Of a stretch of DNA of 64,000 nucleotides, positions 39,065-48,539 are shown piece after piece. The stretch's first letter is position 1. Each line of letters opens with the position of its first letter. Origin of the DNA: Deinococcales bacterium. Its GTDB lineage: Bacteria; Deinococcota; Deinococci; Deinococcales; JAAFIG01. The position numbers and the translations under genes were made by a program. The DNA is taken from contig JAYWGM010000070.1 of NCBI GenBank assembly GCA_043778225.1, forward strand, positions 1-64,000, in the 5' to 3' direction. The notes under the pieces were generated by a model. The model was not told the origin of the DNA. It searched no databases and worked only from the letters and a program-made list of their open reading frames with translations.

Positions 39065-40450
39065 TTAAGCGCGGCGCTCTTTTTGGGCATGAGCGCTATA
39101 ACCAAACTGTGGCAGACTGCTTTGGGCATTCTCGAGAATCACACGGGCAAGTTCGCCTAAGTTTTTACCACCCGCCCGAACATCCATTTTTAAGTTCTGC
39201 CGTAAATCGCTCAGGCTGACATCATCGAGCATCAGTTCTGTGCCATAGCGCAGGGTACTTGGACTGACCAGCAGCAAATCGGCTTCGGCTGGCAGCACAT
39301 TCTCGAGAAAACAGCGCCCCGTCAGTAAGCCAGAAACAGTCGTGACTGTACCAAAGGTCTTATTTTCTAAAGCCCGCACCTCGAGATGCAGACCACGAAT
39401 TTGGCGCAGAGGCTCGAGGGCTAAATCAAGGATTGGCGCGAACAATTTACCTGTGCCAAGAATCACTTTTGTACCGGGAACAGCTTTAGGCAGAGGTGGT
39501 AATGAGCCGCTTAAAAAGTCGCGCACCATGCCAACTCCGTTCTCGAGCATCGGATACCCTTCGTAGGCTTCCTCGGGCGGCAATGGTATACCCGCCAAAA
39601 TATAGAATTCGTCGGACGGAAAAATAAAGCGTGTGCCACGTTCAGCAAGCATTTTCTTTTGCCATTTGTGGGCAATGTGCAACACGGCGGCAGCTTCTTG
39701 TTGGTTAAATGGGCGCAGTTCGGGCAGATTGCGGCGGTGGTCGGTTAAACCAAGCGGCACACAGGCGACTGATAAAACGTTGGGTAAACTGCTCAGGTAG
39801 GTTAAACTGTCCTCGAGATGCACCCCATCGTTGCGATTGGGTAGCAGCACCAACTGGGTGTACAAATCTATAGACTCGAGCCGCTTTAAGGTTTCTTGAA
39901 TTTTGGTGCTTTCGGGGTCTTTGACCTTTAAGCGCCACCATTTCATCATATCGGCACGCAAGGCTTGGTCGGTGCTGTGAACACTGACATAAAGCGGCGA
40001 AAGATTCTCGGACAAAATACGATCAAAATCTTCTTCGGCTAAATTGGTCAGGGTCACAAACGAGCCATACAAAAACGACAAACGGTAATCGTCGTCCATC
40101 ACATAAAGGCTTTTGCGAAAACCCTTGGGCATCTGATGGACATAGCAAAATTCGCATTTGTTGGCACAAATTTTTATGCCGTCAAACAAAACCTCGCTAA
40201 ACTCGAGACCGGGGTCTTCCCAAGAAACCGCAAAATGTAGGCTTGAGCCATCAATGCGTTGCACTTCGAGGGTCACATCGCCAACCTCAAGTTCACGGCG
40301 GTAGGCTAAAATATCGGTGATGGCTTTGTTGTTGACCCGCAGCAAAGAATCGCCCGCTTGGACACCAGCTTTAGCGGCGGCGGAATCAGCTTGCACCCTC
40401 GAGACCAAGGCAGGATGGAGTGTGGACATCATGGCTGTACTGTACTTCAT
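39065..40450 (-). CDS. PDZ + radical-SAM-like DUF512 protein (TIGR03279-like)
   Basis: CANKCEFC, DDDYRLSFLYG, ENGVGM. Confidence 0.88.
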   Translation of the reverse strand: MKYSTAMMSTLHPALVSRVQADSAAAKAGVQAGDSLLRVNNKAITDILAYRRELEVGDVTLEVQRIDGSSLHFAVSWEDPGLEFSEVLFDGIKICANKCEFCYVHQMPKGFRKSLYVMDDDYRLSFLYGSFVTLTNLAEEDFDRILSENLSPLYVSVHSTDQALRADMMKWWRLKVKDPESTKIQETLKRLESIDLYTQLVLLPNRNDGVHLEDSLTYLSSLPNVLSVACVPLGLTDHRRNLPELRPFNQQEAAAVLHIAHKWQKKMLAERGTRFIFPSDEFYILAGIPLPPEEAYEGYPMLENGVGMVRDFLSGSLPPLPKAVPGTKVILGTGKLFAPILDLALEPLRQIRGLHLEVRALENKTFGTVTTVSGLLTGRCFLENVLPAEADLLLVSPSTLRYGTELMLDDVSLSDLRQNLKMDVRAGGKNLGELARVILENAQSSLPQFGYSAHAQKERRA

Positions 40451-40472
40451 TAACTCGAGTATGCTCTAGGGC

Positions 40473-41576
40473 ATGAAATTGGCTGGTCAAATCCTGACCC
40501 CTCGAGGTTGGCACAGTGGCGAACTCGAATTTGGTTCGCAAATTCTGGGCATTCGTTCAAAATTAAGTGCCCCCAACCGTTTTATCGCGCCTGGCTTTAT
40601 CGATGTTCATGTCCATGGCGGTGGCGGTGGCGACACCATGGATGGACTCGAGGGCATCAAAACCCTAGCTGAGTTTCATGCCCAGCATGGCACAACGGCG
40701 CTTTTAGCCACGACCATCACCAACCCTTGGAAAAAAATTATCAGCGCCCTCAAAAACATTCAAAAAGCCATGAAATTAACAACAGGCGCAAGAATTCTTG
40801 GAGCGCACCTCGAAGGACCGTTTGTTTCGCCGCATAAACTTGGCGCACAACCGCCGTTTACGCTCGAGCCAACGCCAGACCGGGTGCAAAAAATTCTCGA
40901 GTTGGGCGTGGTCAAAGTCGTGACTCTCGCCCCAGAAATACCTTCGGCGCTGCAAGCTGCCCAGATGTTTCTCGAGAACAATGTGCGGGTTAGCCTTGGA
41001 CACACCATCGGTACTGCCGAAGATGCCAACATTATTTTTGCACTTGCCAGCTGCTTAACCCGAGCCTCTCAAGTCAGCGGCACACATCTTTACAATGCCA
41101 TGGGCGGACTTGAGGGACGCAACCCCGGCGTACTTGGAGCGCTCTTGGCAAACCCCAATGCCTATGGCGAACTGATTCTGGATTTTCAGCACGTCCATGC
41201 CTCGAGTTTTCGGGCGGCTTTTTTTGCCAAACCCGAAAAACTGATGCTGATTACTGACGCGATGCGTGCCGCCGGAATGCCAAATGGTCTGTACGACCTT
41301 GGCGGGCAAATGGCAACCCTCAAAGATGGCGCAGTCACCCTACCCGATGGCACATTGGCGGGCAGTGTTTTAACGATGCTCGGAGCGGTTCAAAATGCAG
41401 TCAAAGCTGGACTGGCGCTCGAAGTCGCCTTAAAACTCGCCTCGAGCCACCCAGCCCAGTACCTAGGACTGACCGACTGTGGCAAAATAAGCAAAAACGC
41501 TCGAGCCGATTTGGTGGTGCTGCGCTCAGACCTGAGTCTCGAGGCAGTCTACATTGGCGGACAAAGGCAAGGTTAA
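40473..41576 (+). CDS. nagA: N-acetylglucosamine-6-phosphate deacetylase
   Basis: PGFIDVHVHG, HLEGPF, TLAPE, THLYNAM, ITDAM, LAGS. Confidence 0.95.
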   Translation: MKLAGQILTPRGWHSGELEFGSQILGIRSKLSAPNRFIAPGFIDVHVHGGGGGDTMDGLEGIKTLAEFHAQHGTTALLATTITNPWKKIISALKNIQKAMKLTTGARILGAHLEGPFVSPHKLGAQPPFTLEPTPDRVQKILELGVVKVVTLAPEIPSALQAAQMFLENNVRVSLGHTIGTAEDANIIFALASCLTRASQVSGTHLYNAMGGLEGRNPGVLGALLANPNAYGELILDFQHVHASSFRAAFFAKPEKLMLITDAMRAAGMPNGLYDLGGQMATLKDGAVTLPDGTLAGSVLTMLGAVQNAVKAGLALEVALKLASSHPAQYLGLTDCGKISKNARADLVVLRSDLSLEAVYIGGQRQG

Positions 41577-41604
41577 AAGTTTTGACCCTTTTAACCTTTT
41601 GACC
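41571..41604. repeat. Octamer repeat family copy
   Basis: GGTTAAAA followed by TTTTGACC-C-TTTTAACC-TTTTGACC. Confidence 0.7.
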
Positions 41605-41610
41605 TAGCTT

Positions 41611-41922
41611 TCACTCGTGATTGATGTGCATTAGCCAAGTTCCAATCGCAAAACTCACGGCGGCTGTTCCTAGTTTCCAGAGCATCGCTTCGGCTGTTAA
41701 TTCTTTGCCGGGAAAAAAAGAATCGGCTGTCCAGTAGACAAAAAAAGCAAATGTGCCATTGCCAATCAGCCAGCCAGCTAGGCGCTTTGGGTCAGATGGA
41801 ATGTTTAAGAAAGCAATTTTTTTAGCGTCAGACGGTTGCATGAGCATCAGCATAGCGGCAGGCGGAGGGACATTCAATATCTCGAGAGAATTTGAGTTGG
41901 CTTTGGGCAGACTCGAGTCCAA
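41611..41922 (-). CDS. Small hypothetical membrane protein (start uncertain)
   Basis: ORF with two hydrophobic segments filling the gap between genes. Confidence 0.45.
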   Translation of the reverse strand: MDSSLPKANSNSLEILNVPPPAAMLMLMQPSDAKKIAFLNIPSDPKRLAGWLIGNGTFAFFVYWTADSFFPGKELTAEAMLWKLGTAAVSFAIGTWLMHINHE

Positions 41923-42071
41923 AACCGCAATTTAGAACGTTTCCAACAGTAAAAATTAGGCATCAAAAATTATAAACGACTTGACCGACACAAGTTTTTG
42001 CGGATTTCAAGATTTTAAGGCTCGAGGACGACTTGCAACGCTTGTGAAAATCGTGTGCTATGATTCTACAG

Positions 42072-43664
42072 ATGCGATTCAATTCTTTGCGCCTTCTTGT
42101 AGCGGTTCTTGGCGTTGCTGCGCTGCCCAGCGCATTGGCGCAAACTGCCTCGTCTTCTTCTGGTTGCGGCGACGTGAGGGCTTTACAAGCCTCGCTAACG
42201 TCAAGTCCGCAAAGTGTATCAGCCTTGGTCAAACTTGGCGAAGCCCAGTTGTGTCTGGGGCGAACGCAAAAGTCTCGAGCTTTTTTGGTGGCTGCCCGCG
42301 ATAACCTCGAGTCGGCTTCAAATATAGATGGTAAAAACTTTGAAGCCCGTTTTTTATTGGGGCAAGCCTATTACGAACTTGGCGATTTTGATGCAGCCAT
42401 CCTCGAGTTTACCCAACTGACCAAACTTTTCCCAGACCGCGCCGATGCGTTTTACCAACTGGGTGTGGTTCATGCCCGAATCCGTAAAACCGATGATGCG
42501 ATTGCTGCCTTTAATAATGCTGCCCAACTTGCAAAAAGTGGTCGGCTCGAGATTGCTTTTCAGCGCGATGTCAATGTTGCGCTGGCGGGGCAACTTTTAG
42601 CCAAACGCGATTATGCCAGTGCTGCCGCCGCTTTTAAGGCAGCCCAAGAATTTGCCCCAAATGAAATCGACTTGCAGGTCAGCGAAGCCCAAGCCTGGTT
42701 TGATGCGGGTCGCAACACCGAAGCCCTTGAAGTGGTCAATCGGGTCTTGGCAAAAAACCGTGGCAACATTGGAGCGGCTTGGCTGATTGCCAGCATCTAC
42801 GAAAAAGAAAAACAACTCGACCGAGCAGTGCGCGAACTCAATCGTTCCTTGGCGGTGGTGACTGCACCAAAAGACCGCGCTGTTTTGCTGCTCAAACGCG
42901 GTTTGGTCGAAAGTACCCAAGGCAGAGCCGATGCCTCGCTCGAGACCTTGCGCCAAGCGGTCAGTAACGATGGCACACTTTTCGAGGCTCGCTATGCTTA
43001 CGGCTCAGCTTTGCTCTCGAGCAGCAAGCCTAACGCTCGAGCCGCTTACAGCCAATTTATCGAAGCCAATAAATTGCGGGCTGGCGATGGTGAAGTCCAA
43101 CTTGGGCTTGCCAATGCCCAAAGCCAACTGGGCAACCATGTCTCTGCCTATCAGAATGCCCAAGCTGCGATTCGTCTGTTAGCCACCGACCCTTCCCGAG
43201 TTGCTGCCGCCCGTTATGTGGCGGGACGCAGTGCCTACTTGGCTGGCTTAACGGCTTCGGCAGCCAAAGCTGATTTATTGCGTAAAGCCACAATCGAATT
43301 CCGAGCTTTGGTGGCTCAAGATGCAAGCAGTGCCGAGTACAGGTATTGGTTGGGTCTGACCTTGCTGCAACGTAAAGACTACACGCCAGCCATTGAAAGC
43401 CTGATTGAAGCCGTCAAACTTGCGCCCAACGACCTCGAGATTCGGATTGCCTTGAGTGCTGCTTATATTGGTGCAAAGCGCTTCTCGGATGCTGAAACTG
43501 TGGCTCGAGCCGTGGTCAAAGCTGCGCCGAACAATGCCGATGCGTGGTTTAACTTAGGTTTGGCGCTGCTCAACCAAGGACGTGCCGCCGAAGGCAAAAA
43601 AGCTGTTCAGAGCGCTGCCAAACTTGGCAATCAAGCTGCCCAAAATTTACTCAAGAAACTCTAG
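42072..43664 (+). CDS. Secreted tetratricopeptide-repeat protein
   Basis: Signal peptide and many TPR units (LGQAYY..GDFDAA, AWFNLG). Confidence 0.88.
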   Translation: MRFNSLRLLVAVLGVAALPSALAQTASSSSGCGDVRALQASLTSSPQSVSALVKLGEAQLCLGRTQKSRAFLVAARDNLESASNIDGKNFEARFLLGQAYYELGDFDAAILEFTQLTKLFPDRADAFYQLGVVHARIRKTDDAIAAFNNAAQLAKSGRLEIAFQRDVNVALAGQLLAKRDYASAAAAFKAAQEFAPNEIDLQVSEAQAWFDAGRNTEALEVVNRVLAKNRGNIGAAWLIASIYEKEKQLDRAVRELNRSLAVVTAPKDRAVLLLKRGLVESTQGRADASLETLRQAVSNDGTLFEARYAYGSALLSSSKPNARAAYSQFIEANKLRAGDGEVQLGLANAQSQLGNHVSAYQNAQAAIRLLATDPSRVAAARYVAGRSAYLAGLTASAAKADLLRKATIEFRALVAQDASSAEYRYWLGLTLLQRKDYTPAIESLIEAVKLAPNDLEIRIALSAAYIGAKRFSDAETVARAVVKAAPNNADAWFNLGLALLNQGRAAEGKKAVQSAAKLGNQAAQNLLKKL

Positions 43665-43671
43665 GCTATAT

Positions 43672-44679
43672 ATGGACTGGTTAAAACGCAACTGGGTGGA
43701 TGTGCTGATGGCAGGATTAATCCTTGCTGTCGTCGGTGGTTTTCTCACCCTTTTGTTGCGCGGTGGTGTTTTTGTCAATAATTCCCAACCTGTAGATAGC
43801 ACCACGACCCTAACCACTGTTCCAGCCCCAACAGGGACACCCAGTACCCCCACGTCGAGTACGCCAAGCTCGAGTACCTCAAAACCAGTTGTATCGCCTA
43901 AGCCCACAACTCCGCTCGATGTTCCAGATATTCCAGAAGCCCCTGCGACCATACCGTCGGCTACTGGTACAAGTGGTTCAACTTCAAATGCAAGCGGTTC
44001 AAACATAGGCAACTCAAGCACAGGAACGACCAACTCGAGTAGCACGACCACACCAACTCGTCCAACAGCAGCGATTGCCACAGCCCCCAGTCTTGGCAGC
44101 CAAAAAACAACTCCAGAAGCCACCAAGCCACCAAGCACCAAAGGCAGTTATGCCCGTGCCGATTTTCTACGTAATTATCGTGTGGCGGCTGGCTCATACT
44201 CGAGTCTTGAGCGAGCTAAAAAAGCGGTGACCCAATTGCGCGGTCGTGGCTTGCCCGCTCAAACCTTCCCAAGTGGGAATTCCCATGTGGTGGTGGTTGG
44301 ACCTTATGCCCGCGAAGCCTCGGCGCGGTCAGCTTTGAAGCAAGTGCGTCAATCGTTTCCAGACGCTATTTTGTATCGCCCAGATGGAACTCGAGAAGCC
44401 TCTGCCCGAGTGGTTGCGCCGCAAACTCCTGCGGGTGGTGCGGGTACACCAGCCACACTGACGGCTGATACGAGCTACTTACAAGTTGGAGCTTTTAAGG
44501 ATGTCAAAGGAGCAACTGCCTTGCTCGAGAAATTGCAAAATGCTGGTTTCAAGCCACTCACCAAAAACATCAGTGGTTTACTGCGAGTTCTGGTCGGTCC
44601 ACTCAGCAGCAGCCAATTAGAAACCACCCGCACCGACCTCAAGAATTCTGGCTTTGAAGCCTTTGCGGTTAATTTATGA
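43672..44679 (+). CDS. SPOR-domain cell-envelope protein
   Basis: N-terminal TM, S/T/P linker, two SPOR domains (YRVAAGSY, YLQVGAF..RVLVGP). Confidence 0.85.
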   Translation: MDWLKRNWVDVLMAGLILAVVGGFLTLLLRGGVFVNNSQPVDSTTTLTTVPAPTGTPSTPTSSTPSSSTSKPVVSPKPTTPLDVPDIPEAPATIPSATGTSGSTSNASGSNIGNSSTGTTNSSSTTTPTRPTAAIATAPSLGSQKTTPEATKPPSTKGSYARADFLRNYRVAAGSYSSLERAKKAVTQLRGRGLPAQTFPSGNSHVVVVGPYAREASARSALKQVRQSFPDAILYRPDGTREASARVVAPQTPAGGAGTPATLTADTSYLQVGAFKDVKGATALLEKLQNAGFKPLTKNISGLLRVLVGPLSSSQLETTRTDLKNSGFEAFAVNL

Positions 44680-45350
44680 GCCAAAAACCCCCTCTGAGCA
44701 TTCCCAATGCCACCATCTCGAGGATGGTCACCTATTTACGCATCCTCACGACCCTCGAAAAAGATGGAATCAATCGTACCTCGAGCGAACTGCTTGCCGA
44801 ACAAGCTCAAGTCTCGGCATTTCAAGTCCGCAAAGACCTTGCTTATTTTGGACGTTTTGGCACACGAGGTATGGGCTATACAGTCTTAACCTTACGCCGA
44901 GAATTACAACGAATTCTTGGTTTGAATCGGCGTTGGAGTTGCGTCATTATCGGTATGGGTCGTTTAGGACAAGCCCTCGCAGATTACCCCGGTTATATGG
45001 AGTCGAACCTGTATGAATTCGAGTTAAAAGGACTATTCGACATTGACCCCCACAAGGTGGGGATGCAATTGCGTGGCATCAGTGTGCAACATATCAGTGA
45101 ACTCGAGCAGTGCGTCCGTAGCCACGGCGTGGACATGGGATTTATCACTGTTCCAGTTGAAAAAGCTCAGGACGCTGCCGATGCGCTTGTCAAAGCTGGA
45201 GTTCGTGGTATTCTCAACTTCGCACCGACTGTACTCGAGGTTTCCGAAGAAATCGCCGTCGAGCAAGTGGATTTTATGGCTGGTATGAAACGATTGGCAT
45301 TTTATATCCTAAACCCGCACCTCAAAGCCCTTTCTGATCAGGAGGAATAA
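44676..45350 (+). CDS. rex: Redox-sensing transcriptional repressor Rex
   Basis: IPNATISR..YLR, QVRKDLAYFG..GTRGMGY, GMGRLG, ILNFAP. Confidence 0.96.
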   Translation: MSQKPPLSIPNATISRMVTYLRILTTLEKDGINRTSSELLAEQAQVSAFQVRKDLAYFGRFGTRGMGYTVLTLRRELQRILGLNRRWSCVIIGMGRLGQALADYPGYMESNLYEFELKGLFDIDPHKVGMQLRGISVQHISELEQCVRSHGVDMGFITVPVEKAQDAADALVKAGVRGILNFAPTVLEVSEEIAVEQVDFMAGMKRLAFYILNPHLKALSDQEE

Positions 45351-45354
45351 ATAG

Positions 45355-45813
45355 ATGAAAAAGATTTTAGCTGTTTTAATGTTGGTTGTACCGATGGCTT
45401 TGACCGCTTGTAACAACGACCTTGGTAATTATGTGGTTGGCGTACCAACCGTTTTTCCAACCTTTACGAAAGCCAGTGGTACTTACAATCCTTTGACAAA
45501 CCAGACAACTGGTGCCTATCAAGTTTCTTTCAAGGTTGCACCTGGCTCCCCAGGCGGTGTTGTTCAAGCATTTACTGCCGCCGATGGTACGTTATTACCC
45601 TTGGGGGTGTCTGTTCCAAGTTGCTCAGTTATGCTTGGCAGTGTTCCTCGAGTAGACCCCTGTGATGGGGCTGCCAGTGGTGATATTGGCTTTAGCGCTC
45701 CAGGTAGTATTGAAACACTACGGATAAAAGGCATCAAGGTACAAGGCTTTAATGGTTTGTCCAAGGATATTGTTTGGTCTGGACAAATACCTCTTGTTCC
45801 AATGAATCCGTAA
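45355..45813 (+). CDS. Hypothetical lipoprotein
   Basis: LTAC lipobox; AGGAGG SD. Confidence 0.7.
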   Translation: MKKILAVLMLVVPMALTACNNDLGNYVVGVPTVFPTFTKASGTYNPLTNQTTGAYQVSFKVAPGSPGGVVQAFTAADGTLLPLGVSVPSCSVMLGSVPRVDPCDGAASGDIGFSAPGSIETLRIKGIKVQGFNGLSKDIVWSGQIPLVPMNP

Positions 45814-45831
45814 TAAATATCTTCTAACTAT

Positions 45832-45869
45832 AGAGGAGGGGTCTTTGCGATGAATGAGACCCCTTCTCT
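45832..45869. terminator. Bidirectional terminator
   Basis: AGAGGAGGGGTCT...AGACCCCTTCTCT between convergent genes. Confidence 0.7.
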
Positions 45870-45876
45870 TAGTTAC

Positions 45877-46908
45877 TTAAAAAATCAATAGAAAGGATGT
45901 GGTGAGTGACTCGTTATTGGTTGTGAAGTTAAGATTAGCACGAATAAATACACCTTCAGGAACTGGTGGCTCAAAAGCCAATTTGATACAACCTGCACCT
46001 TGGGTTGAGTTGAAAATACCATTAAATGCACCTTTGAGAGCAAGAGGTGTTCCAGCAAATGAGTATGTTCCGCCTGTTCCTGATGAAACTTTAAGCATAT
46101 CAGCGTTTGTGATTGCTAAGCCAACCATATGAACTTTGATACCATTGGCTTTAGCTAAAGCAATGACTTCAGTAGGTGTTTTCATGCTCGAATTATCTTC
46201 ACCATCAGTGAGTACAATTGCCATCTTGTTTGGTGCTGTTTGTGTCATGGCAAGCTTGACAGAATCATAAGCTGCATCCCAGAGATTAGTACCACCATTT
46301 TCGGAAGTGGCGTTATCAATAGCAGTCCCTAGTAAAATTTTATCTGATGAAAAATCCTGCCACAGTTTCAGGGCAAGATTAGGGGATGTCGCAGGAAAGT
46401 CGCCTCCGCTTGAAAATGAACCAATAAGTGCAGTATCGGATACACTCATACGATTTACGAAAAGTTTACTGGCAGCATTACGACTGGTTTGGGTTTTGTT
46501 GCTATTAGGAATTGGATCATTGGTTGACATTGAACCAGTCGCATCTAATGCGATGACTGCAGCAATCGCTCCACTCGAAATACCCGAAATAGAACCACAC
46601 GTAGTAGCTGTGACTTTAGTTGGTTTATAGGCAGTTCCTCCAACTATGTTATTAGAAACAGTAAATGGGTATACAGAACCTAGTGGCACATTCGGGTTGA
46701 GCAATACAGCATTTTCCAATAAATTGCCATCTGGTTTCACTGCACTGACACTCAAATTAACTTGTTGCGCCACACTAGCAGAATCAAGATTAAAACCATT
46801 AACAATACCAATTAATTTAAGTGGTTCTGGCTTTGGTTCAGTCGAAGTACAAGCAGTTAGCGCGAATGTTACAATTCCAAACACAACACCAATTCTCAGT
46901 TTATTCAT
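45877..46908 (-). CDS. VWA-domain lipoprotein
   Basis: LTAC lipobox; MIDAS-like DATGSM, GGTNLWDA, LTDGEDN. Confidence 0.88.
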   Translation of the reverse strand: MNKLRIGVVFGIVTFALTACTSTEPKPEPLKLIGIVNGFNLDSASVAQQVNLSVSAVKPDGNLLENAVLLNPNVPLGSVYPFTVSNNIVGGTAYKPTKVTATTCGSISGISSGAIAAVIALDATGSMSTNDPIPNSNKTQTSRNAASKLFVNRMSVSDTALIGSFSSGGDFPATSPNLALKLWQDFSSDKILLGTAIDNATSENGGTNLWDAAYDSVKLAMTQTAPNKMAIVLTDGEDNSSMKTPTEVIALAKANGIKVHMVGLAITNADMLKVSSGTGGTYSFAGTPLALKGAFNGIFNSTQGAGCIKLAFEPPVPEGVFIRANLNFTTNNESLTTSFLLIF

Positions 46909-47029
46909 TTTGTTCTCCTCACTAATTTTGCCTATTAGGGCACGTCTGTAGTATATCTTAATAAATTACAAATCTGTGGTCAATTCCCGCACACTATTGC
47001 TTACATTTTATAGCTATAGTTACAGCATA

Positions 47030-47719
47030 GTGAATATCCTCGCAATCTTTGCCCATCCCGATGACGAAATCAGTTGCCTTGGCGCACTTGCTAAACACGC
47101 GGCTCGAGGCGACCATGTAAAACTGGTCTGGACAACTTACGGCGAACTGGCTTCGCAATTTGGCAATACACCAGCCGCCCAAGTCCAAGCCACTCGAGAA
47201 TCCCATGGACGTTTTGTGGCACAAACAATTGGTGCAAGTTATCAGTTTTTTGATATGGGCGATTCAAAAATGCTTGGTTCTCGAGAAGAAGCGCTGGCAT
47301 TGGCACGTTTGTATGCTGAGTTTAAGCCAGATGCAATCATCACTTGGGATGACTTTAACCGTCATCCAGACCACCGCGCCACCGCAAAAATTGCTTTTGA
47401 TGCCCTGACCTTTGTGCGGATTCCCAAAATCTTAAACGAAGGGCGTACCGACACACTCGAGCCACACCGAGCAGCGATTACTTTTTATCAGTATGTCTGT
47501 TCAGATTCTAACCGCCCTGTGGTTCATGTGGACATCAGCCATACTTTCGATATTGCCTTAAAAATTCGTGATTACTACGCCGAGTTTTACAAATGGACAT
47601 GGAGCAGCGACGATTTTAGGTCGTCTCGAGCCACTTGGGGGCAAGCCGTTGGAGTCAAATACGCTGAGCGCTTTACAATTCAACGCTCAGTCCATCCACC
47701 ACTCGAGTATCTGGTCTAA
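47030..47719 (+). CDS. PIG-L/LmbE family deacetylase (BshB-like)
   Basis: FAHPDDE and HPDH; GTG start. Confidence 0.88.
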   Translation: MNILAIFAHPDDEISCLGALAKHAARGDHVKLVWTTYGELASQFGNTPAAQVQATRESHGRFVAQTIGASYQFFDMGDSKMLGSREEALALARLYAEFKPDAIITWDDFNRHPDHRATAKIAFDALTFVRIPKILNEGRTDTLEPHRAAITFYQYVCSDSNRPVVHVDISHTFDIALKIRDYYAEFYKWTWSSDDFRSSRATWGQAVGVKYAERFTIQRSVHPPLEYLV

Positions 47720-47868
47720 ACGAGTCTGGTCTCGAGTACAAAAATTACTTGTTTCTTGTCAAGGACGGTCTAGGTCTTGATTTTAATGTCTCGTGTCTCG
47801 AGTCGGGTGACAACTTTAGCTCAGAAAGTTCACAGGCAATCGGCTACTGGCTTTGCTATGGTCTGGCG

Positions 47869-48468
47869 ATGTTGCTTAAACGCCTATTGATTGCTGCTTT
47901 GCTTTGCTCGAGTGCGGCGGTTGCCAAGACCTATACTGTTCAATCTGGCGATACACTTTATCGTATTGCACAAAAAAACAGCCTTAGCACCACGCGGCTC
48001 TTGATGCTTAATCCGGGCATTCAAGAAAATCTGCGAATTGGGCAGCAAATCAATTTGGGTGGTGTAGCCAGTCGTTCTACAATCAGCAGTAGTCGCTCAA
48101 GCAGCAGTGTCGTGCGTGTGGCATTCGCCAAAATTGGGGCAAATTACCGTTGGGGTGCAAGTGGACCTTATAGTTTTGATTGCAGTGGTTTTAGCAGCTA
48201 TGTGATGAAGCAAATGGGTGTAACCTTGCCACGCTCGAGCCGCGCTCAGTTTAATGGTGGTCGGGCAGTCTCGAGAAATGGCTTATTGCCTGGCGATTTG
48301 GTCTTTTTTCAAGGATTCAATGGACGCGGTGGAGTTGGACACGTTGGTGTGTATATTGGCAACAATAAAATGGTTCATGCCAGCACCCCAAGCACAGGTG
48401 TGATTATCTCGAGTTTATCGGAACGCTACTACCTCAGTCGTTACCTTGGGGCGCGTCGGTACTTATAA
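47869..48468 (+). CDS. LysM + NlpC/P60 peptidoglycan endopeptidase
   Basis: YTVQSGDTLYRIA, FDCSGF, PGDLVFF, HVGVYIG. Confidence 0.93.
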   Translation: MLLKRLLIAALLCSSAAVAKTYTVQSGDTLYRIAQKNSLSTTRLLMLNPGIQENLRIGQQINLGGVASRSTISSSRSSSSVVRVAFAKIGANYRWGASGPYSFDCSGFSSYVMKQMGVTLPRSSRAQFNGGRAVSRNGLLPGDLVFFQGFNGRGGVGHVGVYIGNNKMVHASTPSTGVIISSLSERYYLSRYLGARRYL

Positions 48469-48539
48469 ATAACCTGTCAAAAACAGGGTTCTAGCCCCAT
48501 TTCGCGGCATCATTTTGTTTTGGTGCTAGACTGTAGAAT

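Noticed and set aside
42042..42059. Rex operator upstream of the TPR-SPOR-rex operon
   Set aside because: Only a TTGTGAA half-site; the TTCACAA half is missing. A three-mismatch site near 47028 is also too weak
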